Source: Candidatus Hydrogenedentota bacterium (lineage in GTDB: Bacteria; Hydrogenedentota; Hydrogenedentia; Hydrogenedentales; SLHB01). Taken from it: DNA of 64,000 nucleotides. The position numbers and the translations under genes are program-made. Where the stretch lies: NCBI GenBank assembly GCA_963745075.1, contig CAVUWV010000015.1:96001-160000 (forward strand), read 5' to 3'. Every line of letters starts with the position of its first letter. The first letter of the stretch is position 1. Positions 50,068 to 59,755 of this stretch are shown in pieces. The notes under the pieces were generated by a model. It did no database searches and was not told where the DNA came from. It worked only from the letters and a program-made list of their open reading frames with translations.

Positions 50068-50343
50068 ATGGATAGCGAATGTGAAGACGTGACCGAAGAA
50101 ATAGTAGCGTACCTGTGGGACAACTGCTCGTGGGCGACGCAGAACGAGTTCTCAACGAGGATCGACGACAACTTACAAGCCGCCAAATGTGGTCGTGTGG
50201 TAGGGACGGGACGTGAACTCCTTGGAAGTGGCACATACGTCGTAGAAACCGCTGTGGAAGACTGCGATAAAGCTGAACAGATCATATGGCGCGTATGTGA
50301 GCAGATGAAACTCGAAGACTTCGAGATTGTTCGACCCGATTGA
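50068..50343 (+). CDS. Small acidic hypothetical protein
   Basis: 91 aa, SD AAGGAGG, lower-GC context. Confidence 0.55.
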   Translation: MDSECEDVTEEIVAYLWDNCSWATQNEFSTRIDDNLQAAKCGRVVGTGRELLGSGTYVVETAVEDCDKAEQIIWRVCEQMKLEDFEIVRPD

Positions 50344-50473
50344 CTACTTCGAAACCGCTATCCAATCGATTGGCCGACACAAACGGCTCGCAAGAATCAA
50401 GGCGATCCATTGAGCTTGGGTGCGAAGAAAGTACCACACTTTCTCATATCGCTCGAAGTTCAAGGATTTCTGA

Positions 50474-51535
50474 CTACGCCCGAAACAGGCTATGACCGAT
50501 CCCCATGGCTTGCCGGCAGGATTCCACGGTTTCCAGGGCGACGGGCGTGACTTTCCTGGCGTTTTCGCGAAGGAATTCTTCGACGGATTCCGGCGTATTG
50601 TCGGGGGCATTGAAGCCGTCGATGATGGGCGCGTTGAACTTGGACACGTATTCCGCCAAGGTCGTCTTCAGCGTTCCGTAGAACTTCTCTCCCCGGCGGT
50701 ATTTACCCACAAAGTCGAGATAAACGTCTTCCGGCGCCAGCAACGCCAGCAGACGGTACAGGGCACCGACACTGTTCGGCATCTTAGGGATTACCGTGTC
50801 GGGTTCGTTGCTCTCCACGTCCAGGGGCTCGGGATCGGTCGTGGTCTGAACCCCCTTAATCTTTTTCAGGACCGTCTTTGGATCGTCCAACAGGTCCAAC
50901 GTATTGTTGTCGCTCTTCCCCATCTTCGCGGCGCCGTCCAAACCCGGAAGACGCAGCGCGTTCCGCTCGACGGCGCGCGGGATCGACAGGGTCTCCCCGA
51001 AGCGGTGGTTGAACTTTTGCGCGATATCGATGGCCATTTCTACGTGCTGGCGCTGGTCATCCCCCACCGGGACCTGGGTGGCACGCACGATCAAGATATC
51101 CGCCGCCATGAGCACCGGGTATCCTAGCAACCCGAACGACAGGGGGTTGCCCTCCATGCCTTGGTTCCCCTCGGCCAGCTTGCTCATCTTGTCCTTGTAG
51201 GTGGTCCCGCGTTCGAGATGGCCGATATTCGTGATCATGCCCAGGAGGAGCGACAGTTCCGCCGTGCACGGCAGGTCACTCTGACGGTAGATGACCGACC
51301 GGACCGGGTCGAGCCCGCAGGCGACGTAGGTCCGCAGCATATCGAGGGTTTGCTGGTAGATGTCGACGCGTTCGGTCGCCGTGGTCAGGGCATGGTAATC
51401 GGCGATGAAGTAGTAGCACTGATGGCCCTTCTCCTGAAGGTCGATAAAACTCTTGATCGCGCCGAAGTAGTTGCCATAGTGCAAGCGCCCGGTCGGGCGG
51501 ATACCCGAGAGAATGATTTCCGATTTGGCTGACAT
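50474..51535 (-). CDS. trpS: Tryptophanyl-tRNA synthetase
   Basis: SGIRPTGRLHYGNY, ADYHA, YPVLMAADIL, VPVGDDQ, KMGKS. Confidence 0.97.
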   Translation of the reverse strand: MSAKSEIILSGIRPTGRLHYGNYFGAIKSFIDLQEKGHQCYYFIADYHALTTATERVDIYQQTLDMLRTYVACGLDPVRSVIYRQSDLPCTAELSLLLGMITNIGHLERGTTYKDKMSKLAEGNQGMEGNPLSFGLLGYPVLMAADILIVRATQVPVGDDQRQHVEMAIDIAQKFNHRFGETLSIPRAVERNALRLPGLDGAAKMGKSDNNTLDLLDDPKTVLKKIKGVQTTTDPEPLDVESNEPDTVIPKMPNSVGALYRLLALLAPEDVYLDFVGKYRRGEKFYGTLKTTLAEYVSKFNAPIIDGFNAPDNTPESVEEFLRENARKVTPVALETVESCRQAMGIGHSLFRA

Positions 51536-51785
51536 GATCGTCCTTTTTCTCACAAAACATGCCGGCACGCACCCACCTGGGGGGTAAAACGCCGCCGGCG
51601 AAGCCTCAACGCAGGGATTCCGCGCTAGGATACCGGAATGGGCACGGATTCTTCCAACCGGCGTCGATTAAATACGATTGATCGCCTTCGCACCCACGAG
51701 CCATTAATGAAAGAAGCAGCCGTATCGACTGGATTATTGCGTTGACGGGTACTGACCTTGGTGCTATTCTGCGGCGGGGAGACCT

Positions 51786-52415
51786 ATGATGCGTCGACAA
51801 CATCTTCGCGGCTTCAGCCTGGTCGAGACCCTCGTGGTGATGGCGATCATCGCCATTCTCATGGCGCTTTACCTGCCCGTACTTTCCAAAGCTATGCGCA
51901 AGGCGCAGGAAGTCGCTGTCAAGGAAGGGTTCCGCCAGGAAAAACTCGGCCGGATGGCAGACAATGCCAACAGTGCGGGCCGGGATCTGGGTCCCGCTCC
52001 CGATCGGGAAAAGTGCCGGGAAGCGTTTCGCCAGAAGGTAAACAACGTCATCGCCACGGAAATGCTCTATATCGTGGAAAGCGATGACGAGTTCCGGGCG
52101 TACTGGAACACAATGATCAATCCGGCTGCGTCCGGCCCCCTATCGTATACTCGCTCCGGCGATCTCATCGCGCAGGACGAATTCGGCGTCGAGTACGTCC
52201 TGCCGAGGGTGGATAAGTTCCTGGACGACAATTCGCCGTTTGCGATTGGCTGGGAATTCATTTCGACGGACTTGATGGATACCTCCTCCGGAACCATCGG
52301 CACCAATGTGTTGTACAACGACGGCCATGTCGTGTATGTCCGCTACCCCAAAGAGTTTCCCGCAAGTAAGACGGTTGCCGAATTGTCGCACCGCTTCGTC
52401 GAAGAGTACTTGTAA
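51786..52415 (+). CDS. Prepilin-type N-methylation domain protein (DUF1559-like C-terminus)
   Basis: GFSLVETLVVMAIIAIL; C-terminal NVLYNDGHV. Confidence 0.85.
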   Translation: MMRRQHLRGFSLVETLVVMAIIAILMALYLPVLSKAMRKAQEVAVKEGFRQEKLGRMADNANSAGRDLGPAPDREKCREAFRQKVNNVIATEMLYIVESDDEFRAYWNTMINPAASGPLSYTRSGDLIAQDEFGVEYVLPRVDKFLDDNSPFAIGWEFISTDLMDTSSGTIGTNVLYNDGHVVYVRYPKEFPASKTVAELSHRFVEEYL

Positions 52416-52568
52416 GGCGGAGCTTTCCCAACATCTCGATCGAGTGACAAAAAACGTCGTTCAGAACCCGACGTAGTCACTCAAGAAACCGCGTCCGGCT
52501 TGCCTACCATCTTCTCGTATCTTCCTATCGTCCACGCAGATCTGGATTTACGTCACACGACCCAATGT

Positions 52569-52583
52569 TGGCACGCGTGTTGC
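52569..52583 (+). promoter_or_regulatory. Sigma54 (-24/-12) promoter upstream of the pilin gene
   Basis: TGGCACGCGTGTTGC, exact match to TGGCAC-N5-TTGC. Confidence 0.75.
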
Positions 52584-52688
52584 CTTCCCTCCACGACATT
52601 GGGACTTTAGTGAAGTCGGCACTTCGAGACACAGAGCGCCGATGGTGGAAACGAAAGATAGGTTCGAAGAAACGTGGAGGACATGGTT

Positions 52689-53183
52689 ATGAAAGCAACG
52701 AAGAAATCCGGTTTCACGCTGATCGAGTTGATGATCGTGGTCGCGATAATCGCGATCATCGCGGCTATCGCCATTCCGAACCTGCTGCGTTCGCGCATGA
52801 GTGCGAATGAAGCGGGCGCGGCGGGCGCCATGCGCACCATTTCGACGGGTGAAGTGGCGTTCCAAACTGCGGCCTTTGTCGACACCGATACCGACGGTGT
52901 GGGTGACTACGGCACGCTGGCCCAATTGGCCGACCCCGATGGCGGCGGCGCCACGCCTCCGTTCATTGATTCGGTTCTCGGCAATGGCCAGAAGCATGGC
53001 TACACCTTCACGGTTGCGGTCACCAACGGTACGGCCGCCACAATGCCGGCCTACACCTGCACGGCGATTCCGGCTGCGGCAGGCCGCACGGGCTATCGTC
53101 AGTACTTCGTCGACGAGTCCGGCGTGATTCGCTTCACCGCGGACGGCACGGCGGTTAGCGTCGCCTCGTCTCCGTTGAACTAA
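52689..53183 (+). CDS. Type IV pilin, probable major pilin
   Basis: GFTLIELMIVVAIIAIIAAIAIPNL; 164 aa; GGAGG SD; sigma54 promoter and own terminator. Confidence 0.9.
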   Translation: MKATKKSGFTLIELMIVVAIIAIIAAIAIPNLLRSRMSANEAGAAGAMRTISTGEVAFQTAAFVDTDTDGVGDYGTLAQLADPDGGGATPPFIDSVLGNGQKHGYTFTVAVTNGTAATMPAYTCTAIPAAAGRTGYRQYFVDESGVIRFTADGTAVSVASSPLN

Positions 53184-53237
53184 CGAGGGATGGGGAAGTC
53201 CTAAGTGAAGGTATTCCAGGATATTACGACTTGAGGT

Positions 53238-53274
53238 TGGCGGCGGGGAGTGATATTCCCCGCCGCCATTGTTT
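53238..53274 (+). terminator. Terminator after the pilin gene
   Basis: 12-bp stem TGGCGGCGGGGA/TCCCCGCCGCCA followed by TTGTTT. Confidence 0.75.
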
Positions 53275-53508
53275 ATAATTATTGGCTGTCCGTTAGGACC
53301 TCGTCGGCGTACCTTTTTCAGAGGGTTGCAACAGTCGAGCTGCTGTGCGGTATACTCTACTATAGACAGAAAATGAAAATACGCAGTAAAAAAATTGTAG
53401 AAATCCGGCAGCATTTCGTCTATATTCGATGAGGCAGGAGTCGATAGCCTAGTTGGACTCGGTAGCTTACATCGCCGCGGGGGCGGTAGAAGGCCATGGA
53501 TTTGCTCC

Positions 53509-53823
53509 ATGATGGAATGTCAACTGACAAAGGCTGAGCAGCACGCAGTATTCGAATACCGGGCTCGTCTCGAACAAAGATACGGGCGAGATGTGTCTTT
53601 CGACGATGCGCTGGAGCTTTGGCTGGAGAATGAAGCGGTTGCGTGGCGCGAACAGCGTCAGCGGGCCTGCATGGCACGCCAGCGCGAGGAAATCAACCGG
53701 CATAAGTGGATAGAATCCGAAAAAGCCGGGAGGGACCTGGGCAAGGAAGCCGTCATGGATTGGATTACGAATAATGCCGCCTCGTGGCGTAAGTGGTTCG
53801 AGCAGGAGTGTCTAGATTCCTAG
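53509..53823 (+). CDS. DUF4032-like small protein
   Basis: EEINRHKWIESEKAGRDLG..A..DW motif, with a degenerate first copy (GRDVSFDDALELW). Confidence 0.75.
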   Translation: MMECQLTKAEQHAVFEYRARLEQRYGRDVSFDDALELWLENEAVAWREQRQRACMARQREEINRHKWIESEKAGRDLGKEAVMDWITNNAASWRKWFEQECLDS

Positions 53824-53998
53824 CACCAATCTCCGGCCGTTCCAGATCGGCCGATACAGACGGCCTGCCGGAATACGCTCCCTCCGCGTAAGCAGAGAAC
53901 GCTTCCAGAATTCCCCCTGAGCCTGTACACTAAGAGTAGATTCTGCACTGCTTCGGATTGGGGACGCGTGGAGAATCCAACAAGGGGAAGCAGCGGCC

Positions 53999-56368
53999 GT
54001 GCAGGTTCCGGTATCACCTGAAATCAACGAATTGCTGGACGACGCTACCCAATTGAGCGTTCGCAGGGGGCAGTTCTTCGTCGGGGTAGACCACCTTTTC
54101 GAGGCGATGCTCGTCAAGCTGGACCTCTTCCCGCGAGCGTTCCGTAAGCAATACCAAGAAGCCCTTCGGGCGACCAGCCACGAGATGACCCGGGAAGCCT
54201 GGAATGGGCGAATGCCGACCTTCGGATCGGAAGTGTTCTACACGCCGCGGTGTGCCGGCGCAACAAGCGAGGCGGCCCGCCTCGCGCAGCGCATCAGCAA
54301 GTCAAGCCCCTCTGCGGGGCACCTTCTCCTCGCCATCATCGCCGATGCCCATGCCACGCCAAGCCGCGCCATGGACCGGCTGGGCCTGGCCCGTGGCGAC
54401 ATGATAAAGAGTCTGCGACTGGAACTCAGCAAAGGCGCGCCCACACGCCGCCCGTCGAAACGCTCGGAGAAGGCGTCGGAACCGGAACGGCAGTTGGAAC
54501 ACGCCCTGAGCGGTCCCCAGGTTATCGAATCGCCTCAATTTGACGGCGACCAACCCGGTCAAAAACGCGCAGACAACTTAACCCGCGATCTCACGGAAGT
54601 CGCTCACCGCGGCAAGATCGAGCCTGCGATCGGGCGCAATCAGGAAATCCTCACGCTGCTGGAGATCCTCACGCGAAAGACCAAGAACAACGTGATTCTC
54701 GTGGGCGAGGCTGGGGTCGGCAAGACCAGCATCGTGGAAGGGCTGGCGTGGGCGGCCGCGAACAATAAAGCGGGAGGCCTTCTCCGGGGATATCGCATCC
54801 TCGAACTGAATATGGCCGCATTGATGGCAGGCACGCAGTACCGGGGGGCCTTCGAAGAGAAGCTCATGGGGCTCATCGAACAGCTTCGTGAAGCGAAAGA
54901 TACCGTGTTATTCATCGACGAGATTCATCTGGTCATGGGAGCGGGCTCGACCGAGGGCGGATCCATCGACATGGCGAACCTCTTGAAACCGGCGCTTTCC
55001 CGAGGAGAAATCCGCTGTATCGGCGCCACGACCATGCAGGAATATCGCAAATTCGTCGAGCGAGACCCGGCGTTGGAACGCCGTTTCCAGATGTACCGTG
55101 TGGAGGAGTTGAGCCCTTCCGCAACGTGGCAGGTGCTGACCCATCTGAAACCCATTCTTGAAGATCACCATGGCGTTCACATCAGCCGCAAGGCGCTTCA
55201 TGCGGCTATCTCGTTGACACAACGGTACATGCCCAACCGTCAACTCCCCGATAAAGCGATTGACGCGATCGATCAAGCATGCTCTCGTTACCGGCTCAAG
55301 ACCGTTGCGTCCCAAGGCCACGGATTTGCTTTGGACAGCGATACGCCGCCCGGCGACAAAGTGACCCCCCACGACGTGCGCAAAGTCATAAGCCGCATGG
55401 CCGGCGTCCCGATCGAGGAGATTACCGCCGAGGAGCGGATCCGGCTGGGCGATCTCGAACGGAAGATCCGAAAGCGCATCATCGGACAGGACGAGGCGGT
55501 GTCACGAGCCGTCGCGGCCGTCAAACGCGCCCGGGCCGGTCTTGGCGATCCGAATCGACCGGAGGCGGTAATGCTGTTCCTCGGCCCGACGGGTGTCGGG
55601 AAGACGCAGCTTGCCAAGATCCTTGCGAACTATCTCTTTGGATCCAAAGACCACTTGGTCACCTTTGACATGTCCGAGTATATCGAAGAGCATTCCGTAT
55701 CGCGGTTATTGGGGGCGCCGCCCGGCTACAAGGGCAGCGACGAGGAAGGCCGTTTGGCTCAAGCGATCCGCAGCCACCCCTTCTCCATCCTGTTGTTTGA
55801 CGAAATTGAGAAAGCCCATCGGCGTGTATTCGATATCTTCCTGCCCATCCTGGACGAAGGCCGGATGCGGGATTCCCGCGGTCGCGAGGTGAGCTTCCGG
55901 AATAGCATCATTATCTTCACGTCAAACATGGGCGCCGCGTATCTCCATCGAACGGACCGCCCGGCCGAAAACAACCAACTCATGGAGGAACTGCGGCGCC
56001 GGTTCCGTCCCGAATTCATCAACCGGATCGACGAGATTGTGCCCTTCTATCCGCTCGTATTCGAGGACGTTCGGACGATGCTGAAGTTGTGCCTGAGTGA
56101 AGTAAACGAGCGGTTGCGGGAAAAGCAGATCCGCCTGCGCGTGTACCAAGGCGCATACGAACATCTCGCACAACAAGGGTATCACCCCGATTTGGGCGCT
56201 CGGGAAATGCGGCGCACCGTGGATCGGCTCGTGATGAATCCGATCGGTTCCATGCTGTTGGAAGGACAGGTCCAATCCGGCGACACAATCGAGGTCCTAC
56301 AGGAAAACGGCGGGCTTGTCTTCCGCAATGGCGAAGCGCCGAAAGAACATGAGGCGGTGTCATCGTGA
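53999..56368 (+). CDS. ClpA/ClpC-like AAA+ ATPase
   Basis: Clp-N repeats, GEAGVGKT, FIDE, LPDKAID, GPTGVGKT, LFDEIEKAH, FRPEFINR. Confidence 0.92.
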   Translation: MQVPVSPEINELLDDATQLSVRRGQFFVGVDHLFEAMLVKLDLFPRAFRKQYQEALRATSHEMTREAWNGRMPTFGSEVFYTPRCAGATSEAARLAQRISKSSPSAGHLLLAIIADAHATPSRAMDRLGLARGDMIKSLRLELSKGAPTRRPSKRSEKASEPERQLEHALSGPQVIESPQFDGDQPGQKRADNLTRDLTEVAHRGKIEPAIGRNQEILTLLEILTRKTKNNVILVGEAGVGKTSIVEGLAWAAANNKAGGLLRGYRILELNMAALMAGTQYRGAFEEKLMGLIEQLREAKDTVLFIDEIHLVMGAGSTEGGSIDMANLLKPALSRGEIRCIGATTMQEYRKFVERDPALERRFQMYRVEELSPSATWQVLTHLKPILEDHHGVHISRKALHAAISLTQRYMPNRQLPDKAIDAIDQACSRYRLKTVASQGHGFALDSDTPPGDKVTPHDVRKVISRMAGVPIEEITAEERIRLGDLERKIRKRIIGQDEAVSRAVAAVKRARAGLGDPNRPEAVMLFLGPTGVGKTQLAKILANYLFGSKDHLVTFDMSEYIEEHSVSRLLGAPPGYKGSDEEGRLAQAIRSHPFSILLFDEIEKAHRRVFDIFLPILDEGRMRDSRGREVSFRNSIIIFTSNMGAAYLHRTDRPAENNQLMEELRRRFRPEFINRIDEIVPFYPLVFEDVRTMLKLCLSEVNERLREKQIRLRVYQGAYEHLAQQGYHPDLGAREMRRTVDRLVMNPIGSMLLEGQVQSGDTIEVLQENGGLVFRNGEAPKEHEAVSS

Positions 56369-56937
56369 GGGCTGCGGGTCAAGCGGATTGTTTCGTGATT
56401 GTGAATGGGCCGGAAGACGGCACGGAGTATCCCGTCGTTCGGGCGCCCTTTCACATCGGAAGCCATTCAACCTGCCCGGTACAAATCCGGCTGGACACTA
56501 ACGTCGAAGACCATCATGCGCTGATCACCGTGGTTTCGGACGGTTACCGCGTGCGGAAAACGAATCGCAAACCCATCCTCGTGAATGGGAAACAGGCCGG
56601 CAGCTTGCGCTCGCGCATCGTTCGGAATGGTGGGACCATCCAAGTGGGCAGCACGTTGATCGCCGTGGATTGTTCGCCGGACGGGCTCGCCAGACGCAGC
56701 CGCGGCATCGTGTACGAAAGCGATTTCGGATGGGCCGTGCAGCGGGGCATGAGAAATGCGGTTCGCCTCGTTCGCCGTGGCGTGTCGTTTGTATTCGATC
56801 TGGTTCGTCGTATCGCAACGAGTTGGCTGGCGATACTATCGATCCTGTTCTTGCTGATGGTATTCTGGCCCGCCTTCCGCTATTGGGTGACGAGTTGGAT
56901 CCGCTATGCGTATTGGGTCGTGACCTCGGGGCTTTGA
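56365..56937 (+). CDS. FHA-like domain protein with C-terminal TM
   Basis: GP.DG..Y...FHIG...HHALI...VNG...GGTIQVG; GTGA overlap with the Clp gene. Confidence 0.75.
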   Translation: MRAAGQADCFVIVNGPEDGTEYPVVRAPFHIGSHSTCPVQIRLDTNVEDHHALITVVSDGYRVRKTNRKPILVNGKQAGSLRSRIVRNGGTIQVGSTLIAVDCSPDGLARRSRGIVYESDFGWAVQRGMRNAVRLVRRGVSFVFDLVRRIATSWLAILSILFLLMVFWPAFRYWVTSWIRYAYWVVTSGL

Positions 56938-56951
56938 ATGCCGTCATCGAA

Positions 56952-58277
56952 TCACGGGGCGATTTCGAGCGCGATCGCCACCATGGCCTGGTCGTCGTTT
57001 TGTGGTTGGCCCTGCTGATGGGCTTCCAGGCCATGGGTCACCGCCTGAATTACGTCGGCCGGATCGCCGCTGGAAGCACTAAACACCTCCGCCAGCGCTT
57101 TCTCGCCAAACATCCGATCGGCCGGCGACCGCGATTCGGTGATGCCGTCCGTATACAGCAGCAGGGTTTGTCCGGCACTCAGGTCGAGTTCCCGGGTTTC
57201 GTATGACACCGTATTCTCCACTCCCACGGGGATTCCATCCGTTCGCGCGAGGACGTTCACCGAGCCGTCGCTATTGCGCAGCAGGGGTATGTTGTGACCC
57301 GCGGATGCGTACGTCGCCCGTTTCGCGGCAGAGTCGTAAACGAACAAGAACGCGGTCACGAAGTTTCCATTGATGGCCTTGGCGGCGATGTGACGGTTCA
57401 GTTGCGTAAGAAGTTGGCCGGGTTCAGTCGCACGCTCGGCCAAGGCCGCCACCAGCGACGATAACATGGCAACCACGACCGCGGCCGCGACACCGTGACC
57501 GGATACGTCCGCAATCAACACACCCCACGGTCCGGGATCATTCGCGGCGGTTTCCGGGCATCGTCCCATGGGAAACACATCGTACAAGTCGCCGCCCGCA
57601 CGGTCAAAGGATCGATACGACGCCGCGATGCGGAGACCGGGAATCTGCGGCATGGCGCCGGGCAGCAGGCCTTGCTGGATCAGGGCGATCTCGTCGACTT
57701 CGCGGTGAATCCATTGCGTAGCCTGGACGAGTTCCTGGTTCGCGCGTTTAATATTGGTGATTCCGGCCATGAGATTGGCCTGCAGGACGCGCATCTCAAC
57801 GTCAAACGACGTGAGACCTTCCGGGTCGACCATCATGAAAAAGAGCCAATTGAGCGCTCGGTCCTGGTCGAATACCGGGATTCCCACGAGAACCTGATAG
57901 GGTGCGAGACGGTTCTCGAGAACGGGATCGTCACTCACCTGAAGGTTGCGGAACACGACCGGACGATCCCCTTGAATCACATCACCGATAACACCGCCCG
58001 TGACGACGGGCGCGTCCGGACCCGCGAACTCGATGTCCTGCGAATAGTCGAGCCCTGCGCCTCGCTGATTGAGGAAGCGCATGACGCGGTAATGCCCCTC
58101 TGGCACGTTCCGAAGGGAAACGGAAATCAGCCCTTGTTCACCGTAGAGCCGCCGCATACCGCTTGCATATCGGTTTATGGAACGCACGGGGTCGGGGTCC
58201 ATCCCAATCGCGCGCACCATTTCGATAAGCGCGGCGATCCGATCGCGGTTTGATTCGTCTCGGTACGTTTGCGTCAT
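56952..58277 (-). CDS. SpoIIE/RsbU-type PP2C phosphatase with GAF-like N-terminus
   Basis: AGGDLYD, ADVSGHG, SAGH, YTDGITE, QNDD. Confidence 0.92.
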   Translation of the reverse strand: MTQTYRDESNRDRIAALIEMVRAIGMDPDPVRSINRYASGMRRLYGEQGLISVSLRNVPEGHYRVMRFLNQRGAGLDYSQDIEFAGPDAPVVTGGVIGDVIQGDRPVVFRNLQVSDDPVLENRLAPYQVLVGIPVFDQDRALNWLFFMMVDPEGLTSFDVEMRVLQANLMAGITNIKRANQELVQATQWIHREVDEIALIQQGLLPGAMPQIPGLRIAASYRSFDRAGGDLYDVFPMGRCPETAANDPGPWGVLIADVSGHGVAAAVVVAMLSSLVAALAERATEPGQLLTQLNRHIAAKAINGNFVTAFLFVYDSAAKRATYASAGHNIPLLRNSDGSVNVLARTDGIPVGVENTVSYETRELDLSAGQTLLLYTDGITESRSPADRMFGEKALAEVFSASSGDPADVIQAVTHGLEAHQQGQPQNDDQAMVAIALEIAP

Positions 58278-58305
58278 GGAGCCTCCGAACGAAGCGGTCG
58301 CGGGT

Positions 58306-59706
58306 TCACGACGATAGTGGATACGGGTCGGACGCGACGTGCAGCCATTTTTGAAGCATCGTGTGATGTCGATCGCGAACCGTTTTCAGGTTGGGATCGT
58401 CATAGCGATTGGTCATTTGGTAAGGGTCCGAATCGTTGTCAAACAGCCATCGATCCCCCTCCACCAGTACCGCGTACGTGTAGCGCCGGCTGCGTACACC
58501 ACGAAAAATGGGCGCCGGATGGTCGTTGCCATGGGACGCATTCTCCTTGGAGATGTGCATGAGGAACTGCGACTCCGGGTCGGGCCCGCGGCCTCGTAGT
58601 GCGTGACCGGAGAAGTCCTGTCCGCGGAACTCCTCGGGGATCGGGATGCCGGCCAACCCGCAGAGCGTAGGAGCGATATCGATGGCGCCGAACAGCGCAT
58701 CGATCTTCTGCCTCTGCCGAACATTTCGGGGGCAACGGACAATGAATGGCACCCGTATCGATTCCTCGTACGGCTCCCGTTTGCTGCCGACGCCGTGGGA
58801 TCCGAACATGGACCCGTGGTCGGACGAGTACACGAGAATCGTGTCGTCCACGATTCCCAGTTCGTCCAACGTATCCATAACACGCCCCAATTCATCGTCG
58901 ATGGCGCTGATGTGCGCGTGATACCCGCGATAATGCGCCCAATCGTTCGCGTTGAGCACATTCTGGTCCTCACCCGGTTTGAGTTCGAGGCCGCTGGTGT
59001 TGGGGCGTCGCGGGAGTGAGTTCTCCGGATACAACGCAAGCTTCGATTCGGGTGCGTCAAGAAAATTCGAGTGCGGCGGATTGAGCGATACCATCAGAAA
59101 AAAGGGGGCATCCCGATGCGCGCGCATGTACTCGAGCGCCTGGTCGGTCATCAGGGTGGCGTTGTACCCCTTGGGCTGGACCGGGTCGCCGTCGGCCGGG
59201 TAATACATTGATTCGTCCCAATGCGTGTTGGTGCGTTCCCAAATCAAAGACCGATCGAAACCGAAAGGTTCCGCACGCCGCCCGCCGAGATGCCATTTCC
59301 CAATGTAGCCGGTGTGATATCCCGCTTGTTGAAACGCCTTGCCGATAGTCATCTGGTCAGACGAAAGGGGAATGCCGTTATCAATCACACCCTGCTCGTA
59401 AGGCCAGCGGCCCGTCAGCAGCATGGCGCGATACGGCGAGCACACGGGATAGTTGCTGATGCAGTGCGTATACTCGGTCCCTTGTTCAGCGAGGCGGTCC
59501 ATATTCGGGGTGTGAACTTGGGGAAGTTCCGTGTGCGCCATGGACTGCCAGCGGTGTTCGTCGCTGAAGAGATAGACGATGTTCGGACGCCGTTCGATGG
59601 GCTTCTCGCCCACGGCTGCATACCCTTTCGCAGCGGCGATTCCCGCCCCTGCTGCGACGCCCAGAAACCCGCGTCGCGTCAGGTCTATCTTCTCTCTAAT
59701 GGCCAT
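58306..59706 (-). CDS. Tat-exported sulfatase
   Basis: TRRGFL, PNIVYLFSDE, CSPYR, GKWH, SSDHG. Confidence 0.93.
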   Translation of the reverse strand: MAIREKIDLTRRGFLGVAAGAGIAAAKGYAAVGEKPIERRPNIVYLFSDEHRWQSMAHTELPQVHTPNMDRLAEQGTEYTHCISNYPVCSPYRAMLLTGRWPYEQGVIDNGIPLSSDQMTIGKAFQQAGYHTGYIGKWHLGGRRAEPFGFDRSLIWERTNTHWDESMYYPADGDPVQPKGYNATLMTDQALEYMRAHRDAPFFLMVSLNPPHSNFLDAPESKLALYPENSLPRRPNTSGLELKPGEDQNVLNANDWAHYRGYHAHISAIDDELGRVMDTLDELGIVDDTILVYSSDHGSMFGSHGVGSKREPYEESIRVPFIVRCPRNVRQRQKIDALFGAIDIAPTLCGLAGIPIPEEFRGQDFSGHALRGRGPDPESQFLMHISKENASHGNDHPAPIFRGVRSRRYTYAVLVEGDRWLFDNDSDPYQMTNRYDDPNLKTVRDRHHTMLQKWLHVASDPYPLSS

Positions 59707-59755
59707 GGTGCCTATCTCCTTGCTAGTGACCGGTGCGTCGTGAAATCGCGGGCCA

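Noticed and set aside
53999..56937. Type VI secretion locus (ClpV plus Fha)
   Set aside because: No tss, hcp or vgrG genes in the window.
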